Source: Myxococcales bacterium (GTDB taxonomy: Bacteria; Myxococcota_A; UBA9042). Taken from it: DNA of 14,892 nt. Numbering within the stretch: position 1 is the first letter of the stretch; each line of letters begins with the position of its first letter. Positions 1-7,900 of the stretch are shown piece after piece. The translations under genes were made by a program, and so were the position numbers. The DNA lies in NCBI GenBank assembly GCA_037441385.1, contig JBBISH010000140.1, positions 1 to 14,892 on the forward strand, in the 5' to 3' direction. The notes beneath the pieces were generated by a model, which was not told where the DNA came from, did not search any database, and saw nothing but the letters and a program-made list of their open reading frames with translations.

Positions 1-276
1 CTGCGATCCCAAGCAAGGCTGCGTGTTTGCCAACACGACCTTGGCCTGCGACGACGGCGACGCTTGCACCAGCGGCGACACCTGCAAGGCGGGCGCCTGC
101 ACGGGCGCCAAGGTGGTGTGCGACGATGGCAAGGTGTGCACGGCCGACAGCTGCGATCCCAAGCAAGGCTGCGTGTTTGCCAACACGACCTTGGCCTGCG
201 ACGACGGCGACGCTTGCACCAGCGGCGACACCTGCAAGGCGGGCGCCTGCACGGGCGCCAAGGTGGTGTGCGACGA
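1..276 (+). repeat. Exact in-frame tandem repeat, period 150 bp (50 aa)
   Basis: Bases 1-126 are identical to 151-276; the first mismatch is T127 vs C277. Confidence 0.97.
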
Positions 277-2764
277 CAAGGATCCTTGCACCGTCGATAG
301 TTGCAGCGGAGGCCAGTGCAAGTTCACCGCAATCCCCGGCTGTGGCGGCGCGACCTGCCCGCTCTGCCCCGGCGGGCAGTGCCTGCCGCTGAATGGCGCC
401 AGCGGTTGGGACAAGCTGTACGTGCACGGCCCGAGCACCGAGTTGTTCCAAGTCGTGGCGCCTCGCACTGCGGGGGGCTGGACGGCCGTGGGCACCAACA
501 CGCCCAGCAACTCCGGCGACGCCGACCTGTGGGTGGTCCGCACCCAGGCCGACGGCACCTTGATCGATCAACAAAATGTCCATCGCAACGGCTACGACTT
601 GGTCGGGGCGCTGGCCAAGGTCAGCGACGGCTGGTGGGTGGTCGGCTGGGGCCCGGCCAGCAGCGGCCAGAACAATCAGAACACGTGGTTGCAGAAGCTC
701 GACGGCAACGGAGCCCTGGTCGGCGCCACGGTCGAGCTGAGCTATGCGGGCAACGAGGCGGCGATTGTCGCCCTTGGCACCGCCTTGGGGGCGGTCCTGG
801 TCGGCCAGACGACGACGCCGACAAACGGCAACGTCGGCACGGGTCTGCTGTCGCTGGTTGCGCCGTCGGGCGCGGTGACGTGGAATCTGGCCGTCAAAGA
901 GTGGTTCCCCAAGGCGCTCGGCACGTTGCCGAACGGCCACTTTGTCGCGATCGGCAGCTCGGTCTACGGCGGAACCGGCAAGAACTACTGGGCCGAGATC
1001 GACGCCAACGGCAACCTGGTCGCCACCAAGACCTTTGGCCTCAACGGCCAAACCGACTTCATCTACAGTGCCGTGCAGCGGGCCGATGGGTCGTGGTTCG
1101 CGATCGACGCCACCAATCAGGGCGGACTGTTCACTCCAAATCTGTGGTGGTTGTCGGCGACCGGCGACGTGACCAAGAGCATATCCAGCGCATTTTCAAG
1201 CGAGATCGGCGCCGAGTCGGTCCTGGAAGCCGCCAACGGCGACTTTGTGCTGGGCGGCCGATTCGCCAGCTACTACGGCCTGGTGGCGCGCCTGGACGCC
1301 AACGGCAAGCTGCTGTGGAAACAACCCTTTGGCTACGTGGGCGCAGGCGGCAGCTTCCACACGGTGGTCAGCGATGGCCAGGGCTTCGTGCTGGCCGGCG
1401 ACCGCTTTGGCGACCCGACCTCGAACGGCGACGCATGGTTGGTGCGCGTCAACGGTTTGGGCCTGACCGACTGCCCTTGCGCCGTGAACGGTGACTGCAG
1501 CGACGGGCAATCGTGCACCGCCGACACCTGCAACGCGGGCACGTGCCAGTACTCGCCGCAGACCGGCGGTTGCGACGACGGCAACGCCTGCACCATCACC
1601 GACACTTGCATCAAGGGTGCCTGCACCGGCGCGGCCATCACCTGCGACGATGGCAACACGTGCACCGCCGACAGCTGCGACAAGAAGACTGGCTGCGCCC
1701 ACAGCCCGATCAGCGGGCCCTGCAGCGACGGCAACGCTTGCACCACTGGCGAGGCGTGCAGCGGGGGCAGCTGCAGCGGCGGTTCCGTTGTCGTGTGCGA
1801 CGACAACAACCCGTGCACCACTCAGGTTTGCGACGCCGTGCAAGGTTGCAAGGTCACCGCCAGCCAGAACTGCGACGATGGCGACCCGTGCACCACGGAC
1901 AGCTGCACGGGCGGCGGCTGCAGCCACGTCGCCGCGGGCGATGGCAGCGCTTGTGGCAGCGGCAAGGTCTGCAAGGCCGGACAGTGTCTCCTGTTTTGCC
2001 TACAGGACAGCAACTGCCCCAGCGGCTGCGTCTGCGGTGGCGGAACTTGCGCGCTGCCGCCGTGGACCCCGGACGGCTCCCTGCCGTTCAACGCAGGCTG
2101 GCGCTTGGGCTATCACCCCCATTTCGACGAGTACTGGGCCGTGCAACCCCCAGTCAACGAGAACACGCCAGCGGTCATCCAGCGCTGGTCGCCCAGCGGC
2201 GTGGCCGGTCCAACTGTCACGGCACCGAATGCCGGCAACACCGTGATTTGGACCATCCGTTCCCTGCAGGGTGACCCGCTCAGCGAAGCCTGGTACCTCA
2301 TCTCGGCCGACATCGGGACCAACGGGGCCTTCGTTGGCAAAGTCGCGGGACCTGGCGCGGGTTACGTTTGGTCGACCTACCTTGAGTACGGCACGGCCGC
2401 CGATACAGTGGTGCTCGATGGCGACAAGGTCTACGCGATCAACGAGTTGCAAGGTGGTATGAAGCCCAACCTCGTGTTCGTACTCAGCGCGGCCACGGGC
2501 GCCCTGCTCAGCACTACGCAGCTGAACGTGCATTTGGACTGGATTGAGGGCGGCGTCATGTACAACGGCGTGCTGTACACCGGCACCAATGGCGGTGGCG
2601 CGGGCGGGGTGGTGTATACCTTCAAGGTCAATCCGTTCTTCCAGCTCGACCTGAAGTCGACGGGCAACTCGAGCGGCGGCATCACCATGCGCCAGGGCCG
2701 GCTGTGCGTGGCCGACAGCAAAGGCGGTTCGAGCTGCTACCAGATGGCCAAGGCGTGCTTCTGA
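2..2764 (+). CDS. Large Cys-rich-repeat surface/secreted protein (5'-truncated): Cys repeats - beta-propeller-like domain - Cys repeats - C-terminal beta-rich domain
   Basis: The frame is open from position 2 (TGC GAT CCC = CDP), so GTG at 23 is not the true start. Stop TGA at 2762-2764. CDDGxxCTxDxC motifs lie at ~2-385 and ~1472-2050. Blade-like repeats lie at ~407-1462 (DADLWVVRTQADG, NTWLQKLDGNG, YWAEIDANGNLV, LVARLDANGKLLW, DAWLVRVNGLG). Third codon positions are strongly G/C. Confidence 0.9.
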   Translation, partial: CDPKQGCVFANTTLACDDGDACTSGDTCKAGACTGAKVVCDDGKVCTADSCDPKQGCVFANTTLACDDGDACTSGDTCKAGACTGAKVVCDDKDPCTVDSCSGGQCKFTAIPGCGGATCPLCPGGQCLPLNGASGWDKLYVHGPSTELFQVVAPRTAGGWTAVGTNTPSNSGDADLWVVRTQADGTLIDQQNVHRNGYDLVGALAKVSDGWWVVGWGPASSGQNNQNTWLQKLDGNGALVGATVELSYAGNEAAIVALGTALGAVLVGQTTTPTNGNVGTGLLSLVAPSGAVTWNLAVKEWFPKALGTLPNGHFVAIGSSVYGGTGKNYWAEIDANGNLVATKTFGLNGQTDFIYSAVQRADGSWFAIDATNQGGLFTPNLWWLSATGDVTKSISSAFSSEIGAESVLEAANGDFVLGGRFASYYGLVARLDANGKLLWKQPFGYVGAGGSFHTVVSDGQGFVLAGDRFGDPTSNGDAWLVRVNGLGLTDCPCAVNGDCSDGQSCTADTCNAGTCQYSPQTGGCDDGNACTITDTCIKGACTGAAITCDDGNTCTADSCDKKTGCAHSPISGPCSDGNACTTGEACSGGSCSGGSVVVCDDNNPCTTQVCDAVQGCKVTASQNCDDGDPCTTDSCTGGGCSHVAAGDGSACGSGKVCKAGQCLLFCLQDSNCPSGCVCGGGTCALPPWTPDGSLPFNAGWRLGYHPHFDEYWAVQPPVNENTPAVIQRWSPSGVAGPTVTAPNAGNTVIWTIRSLQGDPLSEAWYLISADIGTNGAFVGKVAGPGAGYVWSTYLEYGTAADTVVLDGDKVYAINELQGGMKPNLVFVLSAATGALLSTTQLNVHLDWIEGGVMYNGVLYTGTNGGGAGGVVYTFKVNPFFQLDLKSTGNSSGGITMRQGRLCVADSKGGSSCYQMAKACF

Positions 2765-2768
2765 CCTT

Positions 2769-2902
2769 TCACACCAATTCCGTCCGAATCGGATCGAAAA
2801 CTCGGGCAATTCTTCGGGCCCGAACCGGTGTCCCCGCCTGATTCTCGCTAGTTGCGCAAGGGGGCGGGAAGCGGCACAGGCGTGAATCAGGTGGGGTGCG
2901 TA
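2769..2902 (-). repeat. Dispersed intergenic element, copy 1 (minus orientation)
   Basis: The reverse complement reads TACGCACCCCACCTGATTC...GCGAGAATCAGGCGGGGACACCGGTTCGGGCCCGAAGAATTGCCCGAG...TCGATCCGATTCGG. It shares an exact 19-mer with 4752-4770 and 36/40 identity with 9518-9557. Internal inverted repeat at 2832-2848 / 2880-2896 (15/17). Confidence 0.88.
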
Positions 2903-2906
2903 TGAG

Positions 2907-3470
2907 CTATGTCCTTGGAGACTCGGGCAAACGCCTGGCCAACCGCTGTGCCGCCGGCCGGGCGAAGCCCGCGGTGTGTCGCGGTGCAAACGCGCCCATC
3001 ACCAGGGCTCCCATGACAAAGGCCAGCAACGCACTGGCGTCGCGCGGGGCCAGCGCGCCCTCAGAGCGCCGGGTGATTTCAAAGAGTTCACCATCGACGA
3101 ACCGGCGCAGTTGCGCGAACAGGGCCGGTGTCCGCACCGCTTCGGCCACGATGCCCACCCAGCAACGGGCGGCGATCAGGTCGGCATCGGCATCCAGTTT
3201 GAGGGCTGCGTCCAGGTAGGCGTCCAGCGGCGACGCCCCCACCTCGCACAGGTGGACTCGGCTGCGGAAGCGTGCGACCAGCGTTGTCAGCAGGCTGGCC
3301 AGCAGATCCTCTTTGTCGACAAAGTGGTGGTGCACCAGACCGGGCGCCAAGCCGGCTTCTTCGGCCACCGCCGCAATCGTTGCGCCGGCATAGCCGTGCC
3401 GGGCCATCACGCGTGCAAATGCCTCGGTGAGTTCTGCCCGGCGTTCAGCTTGTACACTGCGTCTACCCAT
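2907..3470 (-). CDS. TetR/AcrR family transcriptional regulator (BetI-like), 187 aa
   Basis: N-terminal helix-turn-helix: RRAELTEAFARVMARHGYAGATIAAVAEEAGLAPGLVHHHFVDKEDLL. The ATG at 3470 gives a typical TetR length. The longer ORF-track start would overlap the divergent gene. Confidence 0.93.
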   Translation of the reverse strand: MGRRSVQAERRAELTEAFARVMARHGYAGATIAAVAEEAGLAPGLVHHHFVDKEDLLASLLTTLVARFRSRVHLCEVGASPLDAYLDAALKLDADADLIAARCWVGIVAEAVRTPALFAQLRRFVDGELFEITRRSEGALAPRDASALLAFVMGALVMGAFAPRHTAGFARPAAQRLARRLPESPRT

Positions 3471-3495
3471 AGATTGGTTGTATAACCAATTTATG
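3468..3495. promoter_or_regulatory. Palindromic operator / divergent promoter, probable TetR binding site
   Basis: CATAGATTGGTTGT|ATAACCAATTTATG has 12 of 14 positions paired, with core ATTGGTT-N4-AACCAAT (3473-3490). The minus strand reads TTGTCA-N17-TACAAC-N6-ATG, consistent with a leaderless tetR transcript. Confidence 0.78.
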
Positions 3496-3507
3496 CCTTT
3501 GACAATA

Positions 3508-3535
3508 CCTCCAGGCTTCGAGCGGAGCCTGGAGG
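3508..3535 (+). promoter_or_regulatory. Hairpin sequestering the Shine-Dalgarno of the ATG at 3541
   Basis: CCTCCAGGCT (3508-3517) is the perfect reverse complement of AGCCTGGAGG (3526-3535). GGAGG at 3531-3535 sits 5 nt upstream of ATG 3541. Confidence 0.6.
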
Positions 3536-3540
3536 GCACG

Positions 3541-4497
3541 ATGGCCATCACCTTGAACGAGAAGGGGTTTGCTACTGAAAGCCACAGCATCGCCTGGGAG
3601 GAACTGGACGCGGTTGGCCTTCGCACGACCAGTGCGGGGCCCTTTGTCGAGGACGTGTTCTGGCTGCTGCTGTGGCACGGAGGCTGCCTGGAATTGCCCG
3701 GTTCGGTGGTGCAGGGCGAGGTCTTTGCGGCGCTGATCGATCACTTGCCGGGCTTTGACGCCATCAAGATCGTCCAGGCCATGGCCTCGGTTGACCAGCG
3801 GACGTGGCGGATCTGGCGCAAGGGCCAGACGGATCCGCTGACGCAAAGCGCGGTACTTGCACAGCGATTTTGCGAACTAGTGGAACGACTTGGCGGTCAG
3901 CCACAGGCGTGGAGCCGCGAGATCCTGGCGCGCTGGGGCGAACCGCACCGCCACTACCACACCGCCGAGCACCTTGCGGCCTGCCTGGCAGAACTGGATT
4001 CGATGCCGACACCGGATGCGGATGTTATCGAACTTGCTCTGTTCTTTCACGATGCGATTTGGCGCGGTGCGCCGGACGACGAGGTACAAAGCGCGGCGCT
4101 GCTGCAAAAGGCCGGGAAGGACATGGGGTTGCCGGCCGCCACCCTTGAACATGCGGTCGCCCTTGTCCTGTGCACCGCGCACGACCAACCGCTTGCAGGC
4201 GCGGTGGCGGGCGCTGACCTGGTTCGCGACATCGACCTGGCGGTGTTGGGTACCGATGTCCTGGGATTCTTGGAGTACGACGACGCGGTCTGCGAGGAAC
4301 TCAGCGCCTGGCACCATCCCTGGGTGGTGCGAATCGGCCGCGGGCGCTTCCTTGGGAACCTGTTGAAGCAGCGCGCGATCTTTAAAACGTCTGCGCTGAA
4401 CGACCGCTACGAAGCCGCGGCGCGGGCGAATCTCGAAGCGGTTTGGGGCAGCCCCCGCTATCGCGTTGCGCGCCTGTTGGCGTGGCTTGGCTGGTAG
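3541..4497 (+). CDS. Two-domain protein: ~95-aa uncharacterised N-terminal domain + HD-superfamily predicted metal-dependent phosphohydrolase (COG4339-like)
   Basis: HD-family motifs: EPHRHYHTAEHL, ELALFFHDAI, DDEVQSA, CTAH, RDIDLAVLG, GRGRFL...IF...YEAAARANL. N-terminal domain motif: WEELDAVGLRTTSAGPFVEDVFWLL...LPGFD...AMAS. A GGAGG SD precedes 3541; there is an alternative in-frame ATG at 3493. Confidence 0.85.
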   Translation: MAITLNEKGFATESHSIAWEELDAVGLRTTSAGPFVEDVFWLLLWHGGCLELPGSVVQGEVFAALIDHLPGFDAIKIVQAMASVDQRTWRIWRKGQTDPLTQSAVLAQRFCELVERLGGQPQAWSREILARWGEPHRHYHTAEHLAACLAELDSMPTPDADVIELALFFHDAIWRGAPDDEVQSAALLQKAGKDMGLPAATLEHAVALVLCTAHDQPLAGAVAGADLVRDIDLAVLGTDVLGFLEYDDAVCEELSAWHHPWVVRIGRGRFLGNLLKQRAIFKTSALNDRYEAAARANLEAVWGSPRYRVARLLAWLGW

Positions 4498-4566
4498 GGG
4501 CCTTGGTGGGGGGCGTCGCCGCCCGCGGCCGGTTGGCCGTCGCGCGCCGCGGAACCTGGGGCCCTG

Positions 4567-4608
4567 TGAGTATTTCGTGTGAAAATTCAGCGATCAAGTA
4601 ACGTTGAC
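4567..4608. promoter_or_regulatory. AT-rich intergenic patch, possible promoter or protein-binding site
   Basis: TGAGTATTTCGTGTGAAAATTCAGCGATCAAGTAACGTTGAC sits within an otherwise very GC-rich spacer and contains the small inverted repeat TGAA-AA-TTCA. I found no clean -35/-10 pair. Confidence 0.3.
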
Positions 4609-4751
4609 GCAGGTCCGCCGGGGGCGTAGGCTCCGTGGCCGAGCCCGCAGGAAGCGGGGTCGGTGCGGGCCCAGCGGCCGTCCGCCTCCGCTGAGGTCGG
4701 GCTGCGAAACTTGTGCGTGCGGGCAGCGGTGGCGACGCGACGTCGCGATCC

Positions 4752-4886
4752 TACGCACCCCACCTGATTCGCACTTGTTCGGCTGCTCTGACTCGTCCGG
4801 CAGCGGGCGAGAAACAGGCAGGGATCCCGGTTCTGGGCTGAAGAGTTGCCGAGTCTGTCGATCCGATTCGAGCGGATCCAGTATCA
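4752..4886 (+). repeat. Dispersed intergenic element, copy 2 (plus orientation)
   Basis: TACGCACCCCACCTGATTC-N36-GCGAGAAACAGGCAGGGATCCCGGTTCTGGGCTGAAGAGTTGCCGAGTCTGTCGATCCGATTCGAGCGGATCCAGTATCA. Colinear with copy 1 (N35 spacer) over ~135 bp. Ends 46 bp before ATG 4933. Confidence 0.88.
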
Positions 4887-4932
4887 TTTGGGACGCGTGC
4901 TTGCGGTTACCGCTCGCCAGAGGAAGAAAGGG

Positions 4933-7900
4933 ATGAACAAACAAGGTCCGCCGCCCGGCGCTGTTCGCCGACCTTGGCCGCGCGACTACCCGGTTTGCCT
5001 GGCGGGGATTCTGGTCGCACTGCTCGGCTTGGCGTCGTGCCGCGCACCGTTGCTCGATGAGCAGTCGGCGACGGCGTCGGATGCCATGCAAGACGTGGGT
5101 GGGTCGCTCGACGGGCAAGTTCTGAGCGACGCGCTGGGCAAGGACGCTGCTGCCGACACGCTGGCGGGCGACGCGGGCGATGCCGCGGACACGGTCGACA
5201 CGCTCGACGCCACCGATGCCACCGACGCCGTTGGGGTCGATGGCGGCCCGGACGGGGCCGATACAGCCAGCCTGGACGCCGATACCGCCGGTTCCGACAG
5301 CGCCGACGCCACCGACACGCCCGACGCGCCCGAGACCGCCGATGCAGCAGACACCGCTGAACCCGGCGACGCCGGCCCCCTCTGCACCACCGCCAGCTGC
5401 GACGACAAGAACCTGTGCACCGACGATTTCTGCGACCCGGCCAAGGGGTGTGCGCACGTGCCCAAGGCCGGCGCCTGCGACGATGGCAACGCCTGTACGG
5501 ACGGCGACTTCTGCGAGGTCGGCGTGTGCAAAGGGTCGCCCAAGAATTGCGCAGACAACTTGCCCTGCACGACCGACAGCTGCGACAAGGGCACCGGCTG
5601 CAGCCATCAAGGGGTGGACAGCGCCTGCAAAGACAGCGATCCGTGCACCGTGGACCAGTGCGACGGCAAGTACGGCTGCGTGCACTTCGCCACCGAGACG
5701 ACGCTGACCTGCGACGACGGTGACGCGTGCACCAAGGGCGACACCTGCCAAGGCGGCAAATGCAAGGGCGGCGCCTTTGTTTGCGCCTGCAGCAGCGACG
5801 CCGACTGTGCCAACCCCAACAAGTGCTTGGGGGACTACCAGTGCGTCGCCGGCTCGTGCAAGGTCAAGCCCGGCACCGCCGTGGTCTGCACCGGCACCGT
5901 GGCCGAGTGCCATGCGCTGCAGTGCGATCCCGCGACGGGACAGTGCGGGCAAGTGCCCAGCGGCGACGGGTTGCCGTGCGGCAACAACCAGTGCGTGGTT
6001 GGGGCGGTGTGCGGCGCTGGCAAGTGCGCGGGACTGCCGTTGAATTGCGACGACGCCAACCCGTGTACCGCCGACACCTGCGCCGTCGACCTTGGCTGCA
6101 TCTATACCGCCACGACCTCGGGCTGCGACGACGGCAACGCCTGCACCACCGGCGACGCCTGCAGCGACAAGGGCTGCCAGCCCGGCCAACCCATCAACTG
6201 CAACGACTTGAATCCGTGCACCAGCGACAGCTGCAAAGACGGCGCCTGCACCAGCACACCCAACGCCGCCGCGTGCGACGACAACAACCCCTGCACCGAG
6301 AACGACACCTGCGGCGGCGGCAGCTGCAAAGGCACGGCCGTGGCCACATGCTGCAAGTCTGACTTGGGGTGTGATGACAAGAATCCTTGTACAACAGATA
6401 GTTGTAATGTTGCGACCGGGGTCTGCAGCAGCGCCCCCAGCAGCGGCGGGGTGTGCAACGACGGCAACGCCTGCACCACGCAAGACACCTGCGCGAGCGG
6501 CACATGCCAGGGCTCCAAGCTCGACTGCAGCGGCAAGGCCGACGCGTGCCACGACGCCGTCTGCAACACCACCACGGGCTGCCAGGCCGAGGTCAAGCTG
6601 GACGGCACGCCTTGCGACGACAAGAACGCATGCACCGTCAGCGACGGCTGCAGCAGCGGCAACTGCACGGGTTCGGCCAAGCTATGCGACGACGCCAACA
6701 CGTGCACGACCGACAGCTGCGACCCGAACAGCGGCTGCGTCAACGCCGCCAACACCGCAAGCTGCGACAGCGATGGCAGCGCCTGCACCACCGACGTGTG
6801 CCAAAACAAGGTCTGTACGGTCGCCATCGCCCTCGTGTGCCCCAAGCTGGCCTGCGCAGCCAACGCTTGCGACGCCAAAACCGGCACCTGCATCGCCGGC
6901 ACGCCCCTGCAGGCCGGCACCGCATGCGACGACGGCAACGCCCAGACCACCAGCGATGTGTGCGATGGCAAAGGCACTTGCGCTGGCAGTTATGACATCG
7001 CGGCGCTGTGCGGCCTGATGGCGACCTTGAACGGCACGTGCGCCACCGTCGCCTACGACCCCGCGGCCAAGGCATGCACGGTGACGCCAAAAAACGAGGG
7101 CGGCAGCTGCGTCCCCGACCAGTGCGCCACGAGCGGAACTTGCAGCAATGGCGTATGCGCCGCCGCGGACACCAGCAAGTGCGGCGCGCGCATCGACGAC
7201 GACCCGGCCAACCAGACGGTCCGGTTTGGCATTTCAGCCGCGAACTTGGCGGGTGTGCGGGCGGCCGTGGCGTGGCAAGCGGCGGCAAATGCAGGTGATC
7301 AGCAACGCGTCCGCTTGGTGCGGCCCGATGGCGTTCGCGAGGGAGCCGAAATTTCCACTAGCAGCAAGGCGACCGAGCAGTTGGGCACGCGGATCGTTTC
7401 GCTGACCGACGACCCCGCCGCGCCCAACCAGGCGGCGTTGGCGCAGGTCTGGACAGACACGGTGGGGGTTTCCGCGCCGCATTACCTCACCCTGCGCTTC
7501 CTCGACGGCTGGGGCGGAATCACCAAGACCAGCGCCGATCAGTCGATGGGGTCGGCCGGCGGCGAGAACACCGGGCCTTCGGTGATGTTTGGCCTGGGCG
7601 CCTGGAAAGCGACCTCGGGCTCCCTGGCTGGCGTGGCCAGTTGCTGGGCGTGGGCCGGGCTCCTGCCTTCCATGTCTGCGTTTTCCGGCTCTTACATGAG
7701 CGCTTCGAGCCAGGGCCTGTTCGTGCCCAAAGCCCCAGACGGCTTGCCCGCCCAGCTGTTTCTAGAGCCCGATGGCACCATGTATGCCCGCGATTACAAC
7801 AACGGCCACCTATCCTTCGCCAAACCGAGCTCCTTGCAGACCAACGTCCAGTGGGCGCCGGTGACCGCCGCTGCCGGGGCGCTCAAGTCTGAGGACATCG

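Noticed and set aside
3499..3504. Perfect TTGACA -35 hexamer on the plus strand
   Set aside because: There is no -10 element 16-18 bp downstream. The overlapping minus-strand TTGTCA fits the tetR promoter better.
4846..4932. ORF-track upstream starts (4846, 3626, 3427, 11815, 11993, 13243)
   Set aside because: These extensions run into repeat copies, neighbouring genes or intergenic DNA. Downstream ATGs fit the SD, signal peptide or domain boundaries better.
4594..6552. 652-aa minus-strand ORF, plus other long antisense or alternative-frame ORFs over the Cys-rich genes (e.g. 1196-1927, 6102-6977, 301-1494)
   Set aside because: These are shadow ORFs produced by high GC3 and repetitive codons. 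They are low-complexity (Ala/Val/Gly or Arg-rich), have no motifs, and overlap well-supported genes.
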